From Camelus dromedarius (lineage: Eukaryota): 64,000 nucleotides of DNA. The notes under the pieces were generated by a model. It worked only from the letters and a program-made list of their open reading frames with translations. It was not told the DNA's origin and ran no database searches. The first letter of the stretch is position 1; each line of letters starts with the position of its first letter. Location of the stretch: the NCBI RefSeq assembly GCF_036321535.1, contig NC_087438.1:13084001-13148000 (forward strand). Direction: 5' to 3'. Both the position numbers and the translations under genes were made by a program. Shown here piece by piece: positions 37,726 to 52,031 of the stretch.

Positions 37726-40605
37726 ATCTATAGTTCCATAAGGTTTTTTTTTTTTTTGAGATGAAATTTGAGTCACCCGTGGCATTTATAAAGTGTCACT
37801 CATCCTCAATCCCAAGTAACCTCTATAATATCGAATTGCAAGAGACGTGATTAGTCATGTGTGGCTCTGGTTTCTGGATAATAGCATATATTCCTAGGTA
37901 CTCGAGATAAAACTTCATAATTTACAGAAATAAACACACTTTTGACTGATGTTTGGATTCAAAAGCAGACACTTTCCTAATTAAGGATAAAGGTTTTTAA
38001 AACGAATCTCAGAAAGCTTTTCTTAGTTGAAATTTATTATCGTCTATCCATATCTTTCATTAAGATGTTTATTGTAACTTACACAATGTTATATGTCAAT
38101 TATGTCTCAGTAAAGCTGGGAGGAAAGGATGTTTATTGTACTTTTTAAACTTGTCAGACTCATAGCATGTGATTTTTATTGTAGGTTTCTGTTGGTCCTC
38201 CAGCTACGTATTTCCTTGACTCTGCCATCAAAATAACGAAGTATTAAAATTGGCTCTTTGTCACAATTTTGTTTCCTTATCTTGTCCTTATGGATAGATC
38301 AAACTTTTACTTCTAGTTCAAATAATTTTTTTTTTCTTTTCTCTTGGGGATTAAGCTATTTTCTTTAGTTTGTGTTTTATTTGAAATGTTTGCCTTCTCT
38401 TTCCTTGGGTATTCGAAGAAAAAATTTTCAAGTGATTCATGTGAAAATATATTTTGGGGCTAATTTATGTGTGTTCTTTTCCAAATCTTTTTGCTCTCCA
38501 TTCTCCTCCATAGAAATAAGCTCTTATAAGGCAAGGCTTTAGTAATTTTTTCCCAGTATACAGAGATTATTCTTTATCCCATAGCACTTTGTATGTTATG
38601 TATTATTCCTTATGTTTATGACTTATTAAGTTAATTAAATGATGAGGAAAATGAAAGAAGGGAAATTTTAAGAAAGTGGCTTTGCACAAAAAATTGATTA
38701 ATTTCACTGTACAATTAGCCAGTCATTTTACGATTAACATAGCATTAGATGATTATACGCAAGAATCTCTTAAAAAGCCCATAACTTTGTGAGGTTTAAT
38801 GAGTTTTATTAGTGACAGGGTTGAAATCAGTTGTAATATAGAACTGTAACATATCACGAATGAAATCTAAGAAATAGGTACTAAAATCAGTTGTTCAGCA
38901 AGAATCAGTGTGTAAATCACAGAAGTGCAAAGTTGTTTTCCTGTTATACAACACAGATTTTTTTTCAAGTATCTCTTTTTTAAATTTTTTCTTCCTTAAA
39001 TAATTATTCAGATTTCACTTTACTTTGAAAGTGAGTGTGTGTGGGAGGAGAAATAGATTTTAACTCAATTAGGGAAAATTCTTAATGACATTATATATTC
39101 TGGTGGGTAAGTTGATAGATTTAAAGTCTATAATAAATTTACTTAAAACCTGATTTGAGTAAATGTACCTCTCTTTAATTCCTAAGCAAATATTAAATAA
39201 ATTTTTAGCGAAGCCACAAAAACCTGTTTGAATTTTTGCCCAATCTTACATTTTTTTCTCATTTTGGTTAACGTTTACCAAGATAAATCTTGTATTTCTT
39301 ACAGAACGGCAGACCACCAGTGGACATGAGGTTCTTTCTGCAATAAGACAGTTGGATGTTGTAACTTCCCTCTGCACCCCTGCCTGTCCTGGCCAGGACC
39401 TGTTCACACAGACATGGGGTGTGTTCACTACTCAGTTGATTCCAAAAATAACACATAGAGTCTGTGTATGAGGTGCAAGGCTTTGCTTTTTCTAAAAGGC
39501 CTGCATTTCCATGGAAACCAGACAGGCAGAAAAGAAAAGATAAGTGCATGGAATCATTCAGTGCTTGGAAACAAAGCTGAATGCAGACCAGCTGCCTCAT
39601 CTGAATTCAGCCTGTGAAAACCAGGGACCACCCTGACCCCAGGCTGCTGAGGAAAGTTGACCCCCGCTGGCTTCAGTCCATCAGAAACACATCTCTTCCT
39701 TGAACTGGAGTTGTTTCAAAGGTTAGAAAGGCAGGATTTGAAGTTCAAGTGCCCAGATTATTTTTACTTTCTGCCACTCCTTGCCAGTTCACATTTCCAT
39801 TCTGTAAAATACAAAATCTTAAAAAAAAAAAAAAAGAGAGAGAAAAACTTCTGAATTGCTTATCATTTCAAATGAATGTTCAAGGTTATTTAAAGCTTAA
39901 TGAGCAATGCTTTGAAATCTTTAGGAAATATTATATTAAATGAAAGATCTTTCTCACAATAGCTTAATCAAGCAATGGACATTTGTCAAATGTCTATATG
40001 AGACTTGTTATTGGCAAGCAGAAGGGTCTTCTAGTCAGAAACCACACAACTGTAGATCCAGGGGAAGAAGACTGTGTCTGTCTCTACCCTGAGAGCTTCC
40101 TAGAGGAGTATGACATTTTGATTTAACTGAAATGAAAAAATGATACTAAAACTAAATGTATATTGTGGAACATAAGTTGCTTCTATTTGTTTCTGAAAAC
40201 TACCCAGAAAAAAAGTCTACTAGGATGTACTAAATAATCATGATTGTACTAAATAGTACCATGATTGTAACTAAATAACTAAATAACCTATTCCCCTGTC
40301 CGTCTGACCCCCACATCCTAGCATGTCGGTCACTTCATCCAGATATTAAGAGGAATACTGTCTGTTCGGGATGTGTACTCTGAGACATAGAAATTCCAGA
40401 GAGGAGAACACAGATGTGGGTCAGGGCCATTCAGTTTAGGTTTCTTTCTTTAACCATTTCTGATGCTAGAGTTGAAGAATTACTGATCCTCTGTTAAATG
40501 TATTACTCGTGTGCAAGCAAGTGTGAACCATTCTTTTTTGATGTGGGACAAGGTATGGCCATATCAGAGATATTGTGCCACCACAGAATTTAGGCATTAT
40601 CACCA

Positions 40606-40855
40606 TATGAAATTAATTAAACAAGAAGGCCACTGGACTGAGATTCAGCTGATCACAAATGGCTGAAGAGGCTTTAAGCTACAGCCAATCACATCACTTG
40701 CTGTCTTCACTTCCGCATCTTCCCTGTCATCTTTCCCCAGCTCCTCACAGTGGAGCCCTGATAACCACTTCCCGCTTAGTGCTGCCTGATTTGAATCCCT
40801 TTTTGCTCAAAGAAACTCTTAACATTTTAAATATGCTTCAGCGTGTCATTTAGTA
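40606..40855 (+). mobile_element. MER34/MER39-like ERV1 LTR, internally deleted
   Basis: 'aattaattaaacaagaaggccactggactgag...cagccaatca...gctgcctgatttgaatccctttttgctcaaagaaactc'. Confidence 0.6.
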
Positions 40856-41604
40856 CCGGCAAGGAAAATGATATAAAGACACTCACTCCCAAAAAGAAGT
40901 CAGAGAAGACACATGTGGCCCAAGAACAATGGGTAACTGGGGAGACCACTGTACGTGCCCTGAAGTGTGAACTGTCCTCCAGTTTTCCTGGGCTTGCAGA
41001 AGAGTCTGACACACAGGAGGACATCATAAACAATGAAAAATACAAAAGAGCAAACTCAATTAAAGCTTAAAAAGTGGAGATGAGTCCTGAGAAGAGAAGG
41101 TAGCATAAGGTGAAGTGGAGAGTATTTTATTCACTTCGTCCTCGTGATTTTGTAGTGAGTTAGCGAGTAGAACCAAAGAGAAGCCTCGTATGTGACGTTT
41201 CAGATACCATGACTGCAATGAAAAAAAAATCATGTCAGTATTGCACAGGGAGAGGGCAGAATGCAGATGCTTCTAAAGAGCACCTAGAAGACATTCTAGC
41301 AGTCACAAATAATTAGAAAGTAAAGATTTGGACCTGAGGTCTCTGAAGTCCTCTGGGGGCGGAGGTAGCATTTTGTTATTTTCACCCTTGTGGTGAGATG
41401 ACGTTAGGAAGTGTTTGCTGCTGTTTCCTCAACCTCTGAGAATCTTGAACACTGTTACAATGCAGCTAGAGAACAAAGACATAATATCATTGGATTTTAA
41501 GCTTTATAAAGTTTAACCCGTTCATAAAACAGATCCAGAAAGACTATCTGTGAGGCAAAGCCACTCGCCTTCTCTTCTGTGGCGCTCTGGCCCCCTCACC
41601 CCTA

Positions 41605-41657
41605 ACACACACACACACGCGCACACACACACGCGCACACACACTCACACACACACG
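41605..41657. repeat. (CA)n/(CG)n alternating purine-pyrimidine repeat
   Basis: Seen directly. Confidence 0.9.
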
Positions 41658-42171
41658 AAAGAAGAAATCAAAACAAAACAAAAATCAGGAGACTGAAGAG
41701 ATAAGTGGCTCTTTGAAGGGGATGTCTGTACTTGGGTTCCCTCCTGGTCTTAACTCTAAAGAATAGGGATACTGGGATCGTGCACAGTTTGGAGATCTGA
41801 GATTGTAGGAGGTCTGGGTTCTACTTCCCATCTTGTCCTGGGAGGCAGTTCCCATAGAAAAGTCCTTGTTTACTGTAGTGTGGGAGAGGAGCAGGGCCAG
41901 AGGCACCCGGGGGTGCCTGGTGAGAGGGGGTAGCATTTATTAGATCCTTAGATGCATCAATAGAGCGCCTGTAAGCACACACACGCGCAAATGTGACACT
42001 GAGAGACCTTGAAGGACTCTTGTCATCTTCCCAGTGGGCATCTGTAGTTCAAAGATAACGGCGCTGGAGATGGAGTGGGTTGGGGTGAGCGCAGAGCCTC
42101 TGGGATGCCAGCAGAGAAGTATACACCCACACCCAAGGATCGGTAAGGCTTTGAGCCTGGGAACAGAGAGA

Positions 42172-42372
42172 GGCAGTACGTTTAGTGACTGAGGCCAGTG
42201 TTGGAAGCCAGACCCCTGACGCGGGCTGTAGGATGGTAGGCAGGTAATTTGATCGTTTGTGCCTCAGGTCCCTGAGATATAAAATCTAGGGAGAATTAAA
42301 TAAACTAATACATAAATAAAGCATGTAGAACAGTTTCTGGTACAGAGAGTAGAGGCTTTAGAAATTATAACT
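42172..42372 (+). mobile_element. MIR SINE
   Basis: 'tttgtgcctcagg...taaagcatgtagaacagtttctggtacagagagtag'. Confidence 0.65.
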
Positions 42373-42374
42373 AA

Positions 42375-42710
42375 TGTGAAAAATCAATAAACAGAAACCT
42401 CAATTAAATAGAGCTGAGGGACCGGCAGGGGGAGCTCTCACACCCTGAGATGATACCAGAGCCCAACGGGAGGAAGACTTTTCTCGTTCAGAAAGGACTC
42501 AGCCAATGAAAAGCCAAGGACTGTCGGTTTACTGTAGTCCCACCAATTTCCTTTTCACCCCTTTAAAAAATGTTCTCCTTCCATTGCCCGGAGGGAAATT
42601 ACACATGGCTCACCAGGGTTGCAGGCCTTGAATTGCAATTCTTGTCTGATCCCCAATAAATCCATCTTTGCTGGAGAAATACCTGGCAGTCTGTTTGTTT
42701 CAGGTCAACA
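42375..42710 (+). mobile_element. Solo LTR, ERV1-like (336 bp)
   Basis: TG...CA ends, CCAAT box, TATA-like 'tttaaaa' and AATAAA at 42655-42660; flanking 4-mers ctaa / caaa (TSD with one mismatch). Confidence 0.8.
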
Positions 42711-45700
42711 CAAATTACTGCCATTTCCCCAACGTGACATGGCCACTTAGGATAGGTGATTGTCTTTACTGCTAGAGGGTGTAGCTCACTCCTTAATTTT
42801 CTTCTTAATTTTTTCTTTCTTGGATCGCCTGGCCTTTACTAATCGCTTCAAAAATTATGCAAAAATACCTTAACTAACTGAAGGCGTAGAATGGACCTAT
42901 TTTTATTATATTTTACATGCTTTCTGAGGGAAAATCGAATATATTTGAAGAATAACATTAATGAATATTCCAGTATTCCTAGCTTGAATTTTCAGCAAGG
43001 TTAGCAGGAAGTTAACTGCAGGTAGTAAATATACCCATACCTCTTTGGAATCCCAACACTATATCATTTTAAAAATTTTTTCATAATATAACAATCTATT
43101 TCTCTAGATGTTAAAATGTGTTGATAAATATACATTAATTAACTTATTGATTCATTTATCTAGCCTTTCCTGCACTCATTCATGCACTTTACAAATTAAA
43201 ATTATTTAAGGAGGAACATTTTTGTATCCTTGGGGTAAATGGAGACAAGCAAGATTCTTTTAGGACACAGTTAGGATCATTAAATTAAGACATTTCATAT
43301 ATAAATGGGGTAATCGGATACCTCCACATAATTCATACTATTTCAATTGAAAGTTTAAAATATGTTTAAAAATCACAAGATTTTGTTTATTTTTAAAACT
43401 AAGTTTTAATAACAAAAAAGCAAATTCAGATAAAACACAGTATACAGCAGTACATCTTGGGAGAACGTTATTTACTCTTTGGCAACTTGGAAGAGATGCT
43501 TTGTAATCTTCCCTTTCTTGCTTTCGTACATTGTGTTTTCTTTTTTGATTACAGTGTACACGCAATGATTCCTCATAGCAGTCATCAGTTTTCATATATT
43601 GTCATTATCATCACCATCAACATCATCATCATTGTAAACATTTACTTTGCATCCAATTTCTTCCTGAAAGCATACAGGGGTGCCAGAGAAAAGAATCCAG
43701 GCCAGGAGGAAGAGTAATCTTCACAAATAAATTTGATTCAGAAACCTTGTTGGAAAACTTGCTGATGGGAAAAAAGGGATACATTTAATTTTAATGAATA
43801 CCTTATATAATGGTAGAATATTCAATCTTCTAAGCAGTGACAAAATTCAAAATTAATACTAAAAGGTGCCAGGAATTTTAAAAGCATGTTCCAATTTCAA
43901 CAAAGCACATGCAACTGTAGCAGCAGCCCTGAACATTCTACATTCATGTTTTTATGTGAAGATCAATTCTATATTTATCTTCAAACAAGTTTAAAAAGAA
44001 TTATTCTGTGACATTAAAACTATGATATTACTGATACAAAGTGTCTTTTTAAACATCTGTTCTTTATTGACAAGGACTATAAAAGTATCATCAACAGAAT
44101 TTTATGGATTCTTACATAATTGCTTCCATAATTTAAAATCATAAATTCATGTTCCAAACTAATATATACCAACAGAATGTTCTAAAATAGCTTCAAATAT
44201 TTAACACAATGCTAAAGAAAGAAAGAAAAAATCTCTTAAACATTAAATAAATTTTAAAAATCTTTGACAATTTTATTTTCTAGTTAAAAAATATAGATGA
44301 TTGCCCCAGGGTCATGACATACAATTTTAAGTGATGACTTCCAATGGGTCTATTTTGACTCATGCCAAATGTTATAATAAGTGTCTTCAGCCTTTAATGA
44401 GTGCAGTATTTCTCTAAATGAGAGATGTACAGCATAAAGGGCCCTAGGGTTGATCTTTGAAGTCCAAGTCTCATGACCTTGTCATGAGGCTGGCTGCGTA
44501 GGCTCATGTCACCATGGTTCCCTTGCCAGCTAAACTGAAATATACCCACCTCTTGAGGTTACTTGCTTGATTAAATGACAATATATATTAGGACAATTAT
44601 TTAATGCCGTATTATTTAGAAGTTTTTATTAATCAATATATTTCGCCAGCATTAAAAATATTTAATATATTTCTACTAGTTATTGACCCATGCCATATAT
44701 TTATTTGTTATTAATTGATTCATTAAGCTAAGATGCTTTTTTTTATAAATAAATTCTAGTTCTTTTAGAATTTTTTCAAATAAATTTTTTTATTTTAATT
44801 TCTTTATAGACGTGTTTCAGCTTCTAATGTTCTTCACTTTTTTCTGTCAGAAGTCTTCCAATCTTGCTTATTCTCATAAATATGACTTCTATGCTTCATT
44901 CTTTTCTCCAGCTTTCTTGAGTCTGACCTATATTCATTGCGTATTTTTAGAATCTCTGCCATAAGAAATTCTTTTTTATACTCAAAGCTATGTTCCCTTC
45001 AATTAAACTTTTGTAGAGTTGGAGGAGCTTATGAGGAAGGAAAATTGGCAGCATGCTTTGGCAATAATTTATATTTCGTGATGTGTCAGCATAGTCAAGA
45101 TTCTTACTCAACGAGTTATGCTGTTACATTTAACTGAGAAATACCCAAATCTCATGTTTTAATTTTGTATGGAAACTCAGGAAAATTCATTTTTATTCCC
45201 ATTTTACAAACAAATAATTTCTCCTTTTATATTTATTGCTCAAGGAAGAACTTGATTGTTCAGCAGATGTCACTAGAAGGCTGTTGTACTATCATTTTAT
45301 GTTTTTATATCCATACTAGCAAAGTGAAAATACAGGTATTTTCCATTGTTTTAACGTTAGAGATATTTTAATGTCTCAAATTTAATTGAACAAAGAAGAG
45401 AAAAATAGATATCCTTTAAGTAAAAAATAATTACTTAAGATAAAAGAACACATACAATTCATACACTTTCATTGTGACATATTTTTAGATGGCATTAAAT
45501 GTGTAAATGTGTGATTGACAGAATTTAATAAATGGTGAAAAGAAGATTTAATGACTTGTTCTCTGTCATTATCTATGTAAAGGTTTGTTATTAAAGAAAA
45601 CTCTGTTGACATACTTGTGATTTCTGAGCTCTGTCATGAGAAAGAAGACATGTCTTCCTCTGTTGCAATTTTTGTTTAAGTACAGGAAGTTCATAGAAAC

Positions 45701-47758
45701 AGCAAGTTGACCGTATTGGTCCTTTTTCTTCAGACAATTCTCTTTAGATTTTAATTTTTATGTTGCTAACTCCACTTAAGCATTCCTTTTAAATTTTTTA
45801 ATCATCACTATCGTAGGTTTCCATAACGCTCTCAGTGAACAAGGTCTTTTGTGTGGTCCCAATCATCTCATTTTTAATAGTAGAAAATGTATGTTCACTT
45901 TCTGGAATGTTCCTTACAATGCTCCTTGGGTTGCTCTCCCAGACAAGGTATTCTCAGTTCTTGAGTTCTTTCCTTTATTACCATCTTTAATGTCCTTCTT
46001 CTATCTAGCTTCTGAAGTGTGAATTCAAATTGAAATGACAGATTTTGTCCATTAATAATTATACACAGAACTGGTGTTAGCTGCATGGTAGTTGTCCACT
46101 AACCTCATTCCTAGTCCAGGTAATCATCACACTGCTTTAAATGCCATATTAGTTGGGGCAGGCTCACGGTGCTAATGTCTCAGTAGTGCAACACTAGATA
46201 CATATACTTACAAATTCACTCACACCAAGTCCTGTGCAAATACTCCTTGTCTGGGTTCTCTTCTGGGCAGTTCTGCCCCCAGATTCAAGTCTGCTTTAAT
46301 CCTGACACAATGCCTCTCAACATCTGGCAATACAAATGATGACTTTCCTCTTCATAATTTATAGACACTTGTGTTATAAAACACATTTTAAAAGCAATAG
46401 TCAGCTTTCCTCATGACACATTTAAAAGCATCTATTGTCCAAAAATTGTGTACAAAATGACAGATTTTATACTACCATTTATAAGATTTTAAGATATAAA
46501 CAATAGCATAATAGCTCAAGAGTGCTAAAAATAAAAAAAAATGAGATTTATCAAAATATAATGTTCTGGGAAATTCAGTGTTAAAATGCATTGCTGTAAA
46601 TGATTCCTTATCTATTAATATTTTCTATAAAATATATACTGAATTTACAGTGGAATAAATTTCTAGTGGAGTGAGCAGTGGTCTTTGGTTAGAAATGGGG
46701 TAATATGGTGTCAGTCATGCAGTCTGTTATGATAATTGTGCTGATTTTGCTGGGGGCACAATTTTGTCAGCAGTTACGTCTTATGTAATACTTTCCTAAG
46801 TCACTCAGCTTCCCCTCGATCATACAGGGCCCCACTTTACTCCACGTTACCTGAACTAGAATTTTATATACTTTTGTCTTTTTTATTTGATTATTAATAT
46901 GTACCAGAATTTGGCTGTAATATTATACTTCATTATAAAGTAGGCTAAATCGCTAACATTTGTCATAAGAGAAACCCAAATATGTGAAATGATGCTTGGT
47001 ATCATTTAAAATAAATTAATTTGATAGTTACATCAATTGTGTACTTTTGAAATTCAGTGTTATCTTGGTAGAACTAGAAGTGCTGGGAATTTTATGTAAC
47101 TTCATGAAAATTGTTTTACTTCAGGTATATTTTAAAACAGGCAGTCCTATGCATCTATTTGAAATGAGTTTGATTATATATACATACATATATGAGTGTG
47201 CACACCTGTGTGTACATACACACACATATATATATATATTCCAAGATAACAAAGCAACAGAGTCCATTATTATTGTTTTATCTCCCCTGTCTATGTGTTA
47301 AAGAAAGTCAGCCTCTTGGGGAACATCATTTAATGCATTTTATGTATCATAAGAGAAATTGGCAAAAAAACTCCTACATTTTCCCCTAGTTCAGAAACAC
47401 AAAACAATTTATAAACTATTATCTCTACGTAGAGAAATGACATGAAGTGTTTGCTCTGTCTAGCTTTTAGCTGATTTTAGCTTAAGTGTGTATCATATTG
47501 CTAATGTTGAACAGAAGACACGTTCTGTAACTGCTCTAACTTGGACAGTCTCCAAAAAAAAGGATACAAATATTTTACAAGATTATTCCAGGATACAGAA
47601 GAAGAATGAAAAGGAAAAGGAAAGGCGTGTGATTCTCTATTTTGTGCAAGACTTCTCTGCCCCCAGGAGCCTGTGCTGTCCTGGTCCTGACAATGGAGCT
47701 GTGGTCACCAGTGTCCCCTGAGGCCTTGCTGCCATGCAGTTGGTAAGACAGTACTCAC

Positions 47759-47818
47759 CTGCATTGACTTTTCCAGAGAGTACAACCCTCCTTCAGTTCA
47801 CAGTACAGATTCGTTCTT
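47759..47818 (-). other. Candidate 60-nt internal exon, parent transcript unknown
   Basis: Minus strand: ttttcttccctctggcttcctctgcttcAG | 60 nt | CAG-GTGAGT. One frame is open (RTNLYCELKEGCTLWKSQC) but not recognised. Confidence 0.35.
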
Positions 47819-49814
47819 CTGAAGCAGAGGAAGCCAGAGGGAAGAAAATGAACCCTTTTGACCTCATTCACAAACTCTAAGTATATGTATAAAGAGGACT
47901 TTTGGAGGACTATACATTTTAGCATCTATACAGATACAGTTATGGACAAGATAGATAAATATACAGACATATATCTGATGATCAAGGAATTGTTTAAAGA
48001 TTGATGTGCATCTTTGTACATTTTCATATTCACTTTCTGCAACAACTGATTTGGGCAACATAATTACGCTTGTTTAAGTGATAAGAAGAACAAATATCAG
48101 ATATCCAGGATTATAGAATTCTTAAGTGGGAGAAACGAGATTCGAACCTAGGTAAGCTACTTCAGTCCCATTCATGTACACCGTATTGTAGTTTCAGGCT
48201 CAATGGGCTTCATGGTGCTGCTTTCTAAGCTCTGAACAGATCAGGAAGCCCCAGGGAGGAGCTCTATGCACTTAGGAAAAGTGTTATATTTCTGGAGAGA
48301 CGCCCATTCATGTTGAATCACTTATAGGAGCATAAAATTGATACTTGATGGTAGCACTAATTTTTATATCTTTTTTTCTCTAAAACAAAACAGAAGACAC
48401 ATTAAAAGTTATAACACTCCAGTTTCACTTCTGAAATTATTTCTTCCAAAAGTAATATATCTATAAAGTACAAAAATACAGTACTGTTGCCTAGCAAGGG
48501 TTGTTTTAGATTCTTGAAGCTAGTAAAAACATTTGACTTTGTACACCTAAATTTCTTTTATATTTGAAATAATCACCTCCAAGATTTGGATTTTAATTTA
48601 AAATAAAAGGATTTAACAAATGTAACCAAGGAACTCAACTATTATATTCTTTATTGAATCTATCTGTGTTTTAATATATACATAGGTAAGTATACATTAT
48701 ATTTATTAAATTGAATAAATATACTGTTAGAAATCTTACTCATATTTTAGAGATCAGAATATAAAATCAAACATATAATCAATGATCTTTCATCTTCTGA
48801 GACATTTTTAAGAAATCTTACCTTATATATTCTCATGTTTCCAATTGTGTTTTAATAAAGAAAGAATTTACATATTATGTGCATTCTTCAGCAGAAATTA
48901 ATATATAATAGATTAGTTGTGAACAGGGTCTGTTGGTTTTGACATTCTCAGATCCTTAGCAGAAGCTAGAGGCTCAGGAAAGGAAACTCATGGTGTTCAC
49001 ATGTCCATATCCTTGACGTTCAAGGGTGTTCATTCACTCTGAACAAGAGGAAAGAAAGAGGAAAGGGTGACTTTATATAGCCTCTTCTTTTTTCTTGTTC
49101 TCACAGAGTCTGAGTTCGTCTATCACGTATTTATTCTCTTGTCTGATAAATTGTAGTTGTAGGGAATTTTATCATGTTAGTAGTTTTAAAAGCATATAGG
49201 GTCAAGTAATCTGATTTTGGTATATATCTCTAGAAATGCGTTCAAGCTACTACACATGTCAGAAACCCAGAGAGTCATTACAGACTACCGACATATACTA
49301 TCTTACGAAGCAAAAGAAATTTCTGCAGGAAGGCAGGGACTCAATCAAGAGAGATGCTTCTGCCAACAGAGGCACTTTAGCAAAGTGATTCACTTGTCTC
49401 CAGGTGTGTCCAAATGAACTAAAGTCCCATAAAGGAGTGCATCACCCTTTATTTCTGTTTTCAGAGTATTTAAAGACATGAACCACAGAAGTGATATCCT
49501 GGCTCTATTACAAATTATTGTAAGACATTTATACTCTTTATATATGAGAACTTACATAATTAATGTCCTCTTCCAAGAAGAGTCTATAAATTTGGTCAAT
49601 AATGTCTTTTTTAAAAAATTAAATTGTTTATATAGTTTATTTGGACAAAACATGAAAATAATAGCTATGTGTTTGGATGATATAGTTGCATCAGGGGTTT
49701 CGAGCAGAAAGATTTAGGTTTTACTCAATTAGGTAAATCTTGACTGAGGATTGTGAAATCTGAATAATGATACATGATTCGGTAGCTTCTTAAAGTTATG
49801 CTATCTTCACTTAT

Positions 49815-49970
49815 TCATGAAAACCACATGGACTACTTATCAAAATGCAGATTCCTCGCCTCAGATTCAATCCTATTGAATATAATCTCTGTGGATGGAG
49901 ATTTGAAGTCTGAATTTAAAAGGACATGTCCCATGTAATTCTTATTAACTTTGAAGTTTAGGAACCTCTA
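49815..49970. mobile_element. MER5-like (hAT-Charlie) element
   Basis: 'aaaatgcagattcct...aatctctgtggatggag...tgaagtttaggaacctct'. Confidence 0.65.
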
Positions 49971-52031
49971 GCTCATCCTGTCTATCTAAGAAGGTGACAA
50001 GATATGTCATGGGATATTGAGAAACTGTTATATGTCTAAATATATATAGCATATATATGTGATATGTATATGCTATATATGTATATATCACATATATGTG
50101 AGCATATATATAAGATGTACGTATATGTAGTTTTTATCAATGGTCATAATACATGTCATTTGAATCTATATATTATAAAAAGTAATCATTTTAGGTCCAT
50201 ATATAACAATCACAGAAATAATTATGCTTACTCTAAAGTTAATTCAAGATAAGGCTAAATTAGAATTCCAGAGACAGTTATTTCAAGTTTGAATAATTTG
50301 CAAGATTACCTTAGTATCTATTTCAAGAACTGGTTTAATACTTATGAAATAGATTTTAATAAATATTTGTTGAAAAAATGGATAGAACAGAATTGGACAT
50401 TATACTTTGCATTTTAACACGCTAAGCTGAAAATATTTCCATGCTGTTTCTACTAAAATTTAATTACAGGTGCTTCATTTTTCTTTCATTATAAATTTAT
50501 TTGCTGTTCATTGAACTGTCTGAGTGTCTGTCATTGAGGTTTTCATTAGGAGGACTATTGTTAAACATCTCACACTGAATTAGCATAGCTTGTGAACTGA
50601 GTCTGTGATAGAGAATATTGTTTCCTATCTTTACTGAATTTTTGGAATTAAAGGGGTTCTTGTTTAACCTGGAAAGTGTCTCAACTTCCAAATGAAGTAT
50701 TTCTACATAGACCACTAGGATTTGGCAGAAGGATGAGATATTCATTGTTGCTGGTAAAGTTTTTATGACCAAAGTGATGCTTGTAAACCTCAAAAACGGA
50801 ATTGTCCACTGACTGTGAATTGGGTCCATGTGCCTGCTAACAGGCGAAAATATAGAAGATGCAATCAGATTTGAAAAGGGTCAGATTGGAAAGGTTATAT
50901 TTGATTTTTGGCAGCAGAAGCAAATTCTTTGAAGCTTTCCTAAAGGAGTGTGGGCTGCACTTATGAGCAGATTGTTTTATAGACTAGGTTTCTTATCGGT
51001 GGTGCAATTTAAATAGAAATGGGCACACTTGTCTGCAGAGTTCCTCTGAAAAAAATTAAATCGGTAACCTGTGGCTCGAAGAGCTGACATCAAAAAACAA
51101 AGTGCTTAGGAAATTATGTCGTGGTGCTGAGTTCAACAAGAAAAACATATTTTGACTTCCCTCTGTACTTGCATCATTATTTTCAAACTATTTTTCAGAC
51201 ATGGCCATTTATCTACCTGAGCACCAGATTGCTCAAATAATTATAATTCATAATGTGGCCACAGGGTCTTTTAATCTTTTAATTGACTGCTTTAGGAATT
51301 GTACATACATCAAAGGGTAATATTACAGGGAATAAAAATGCACCTTAACATAGAGATTGCACTAAAAAGATTGTTTTTTTTCCCCCAGTGCTTTCTCATT
51401 CTGACATCTAAAATTGCTTTTCTCAAATCTGTCGACAGGTTCACATACAACATAGTTAAATGAATTTCCCAGCATTTGAGGACACGGTGAAGTTCAGCTT
51501 GCAATGAATTATAACTTCAAAGAAAAAAAAGATACAACCAGATTCCCACATTCCACAGTTTTGCTGGGGAATTTTTTTTTAAAATAAAGTCTAATCTCTA
51601 CAGGTCCCAATTAAAATGGAAATAGAGTAAAAACGATTTCCTCTTTGCTTTTATTCTGTGAACATGTGAAATCGTAAAGGAAATGGAATGTTTAGAGAAT
51701 TGTTACCCAGGTATAGTGCTTCACACTGCCTTCTTTGGCTTCTAATTTTTTTTTCCCTCCAGGAAAAGCCTTAGGCACAGCCTAATAACCTAGTTGCTTC
51801 TGCTTTTCATGACCTTTCTGAGGAGTAAAAAATGCCACTCTTCTACAAATGGGAGTTCTCTAAAAATAGTTAATTCTGAAACTAATCTTGGTGTCTGAAT
51901 GAATAACTCAATCAGAAGATTTTAAATCTTAACCCATGGGAAACAATGTTCACAGAATTATTGAAAAAAATCTGGATGTCTGATTAAGGTTCAACAACCA
52001 TAAGGAGATATGGTATGTCGGTCATGCTACA

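Noticed and set aside
45643..45656. Palindrome gaagacatgtcttc containing a p53 half-site
   Set aside because: A single half-site with no adjacent partner.
50497..50829. 110-aa minus-strand ORF
   Set aside because: No similarity I recognise and no supporting signals.
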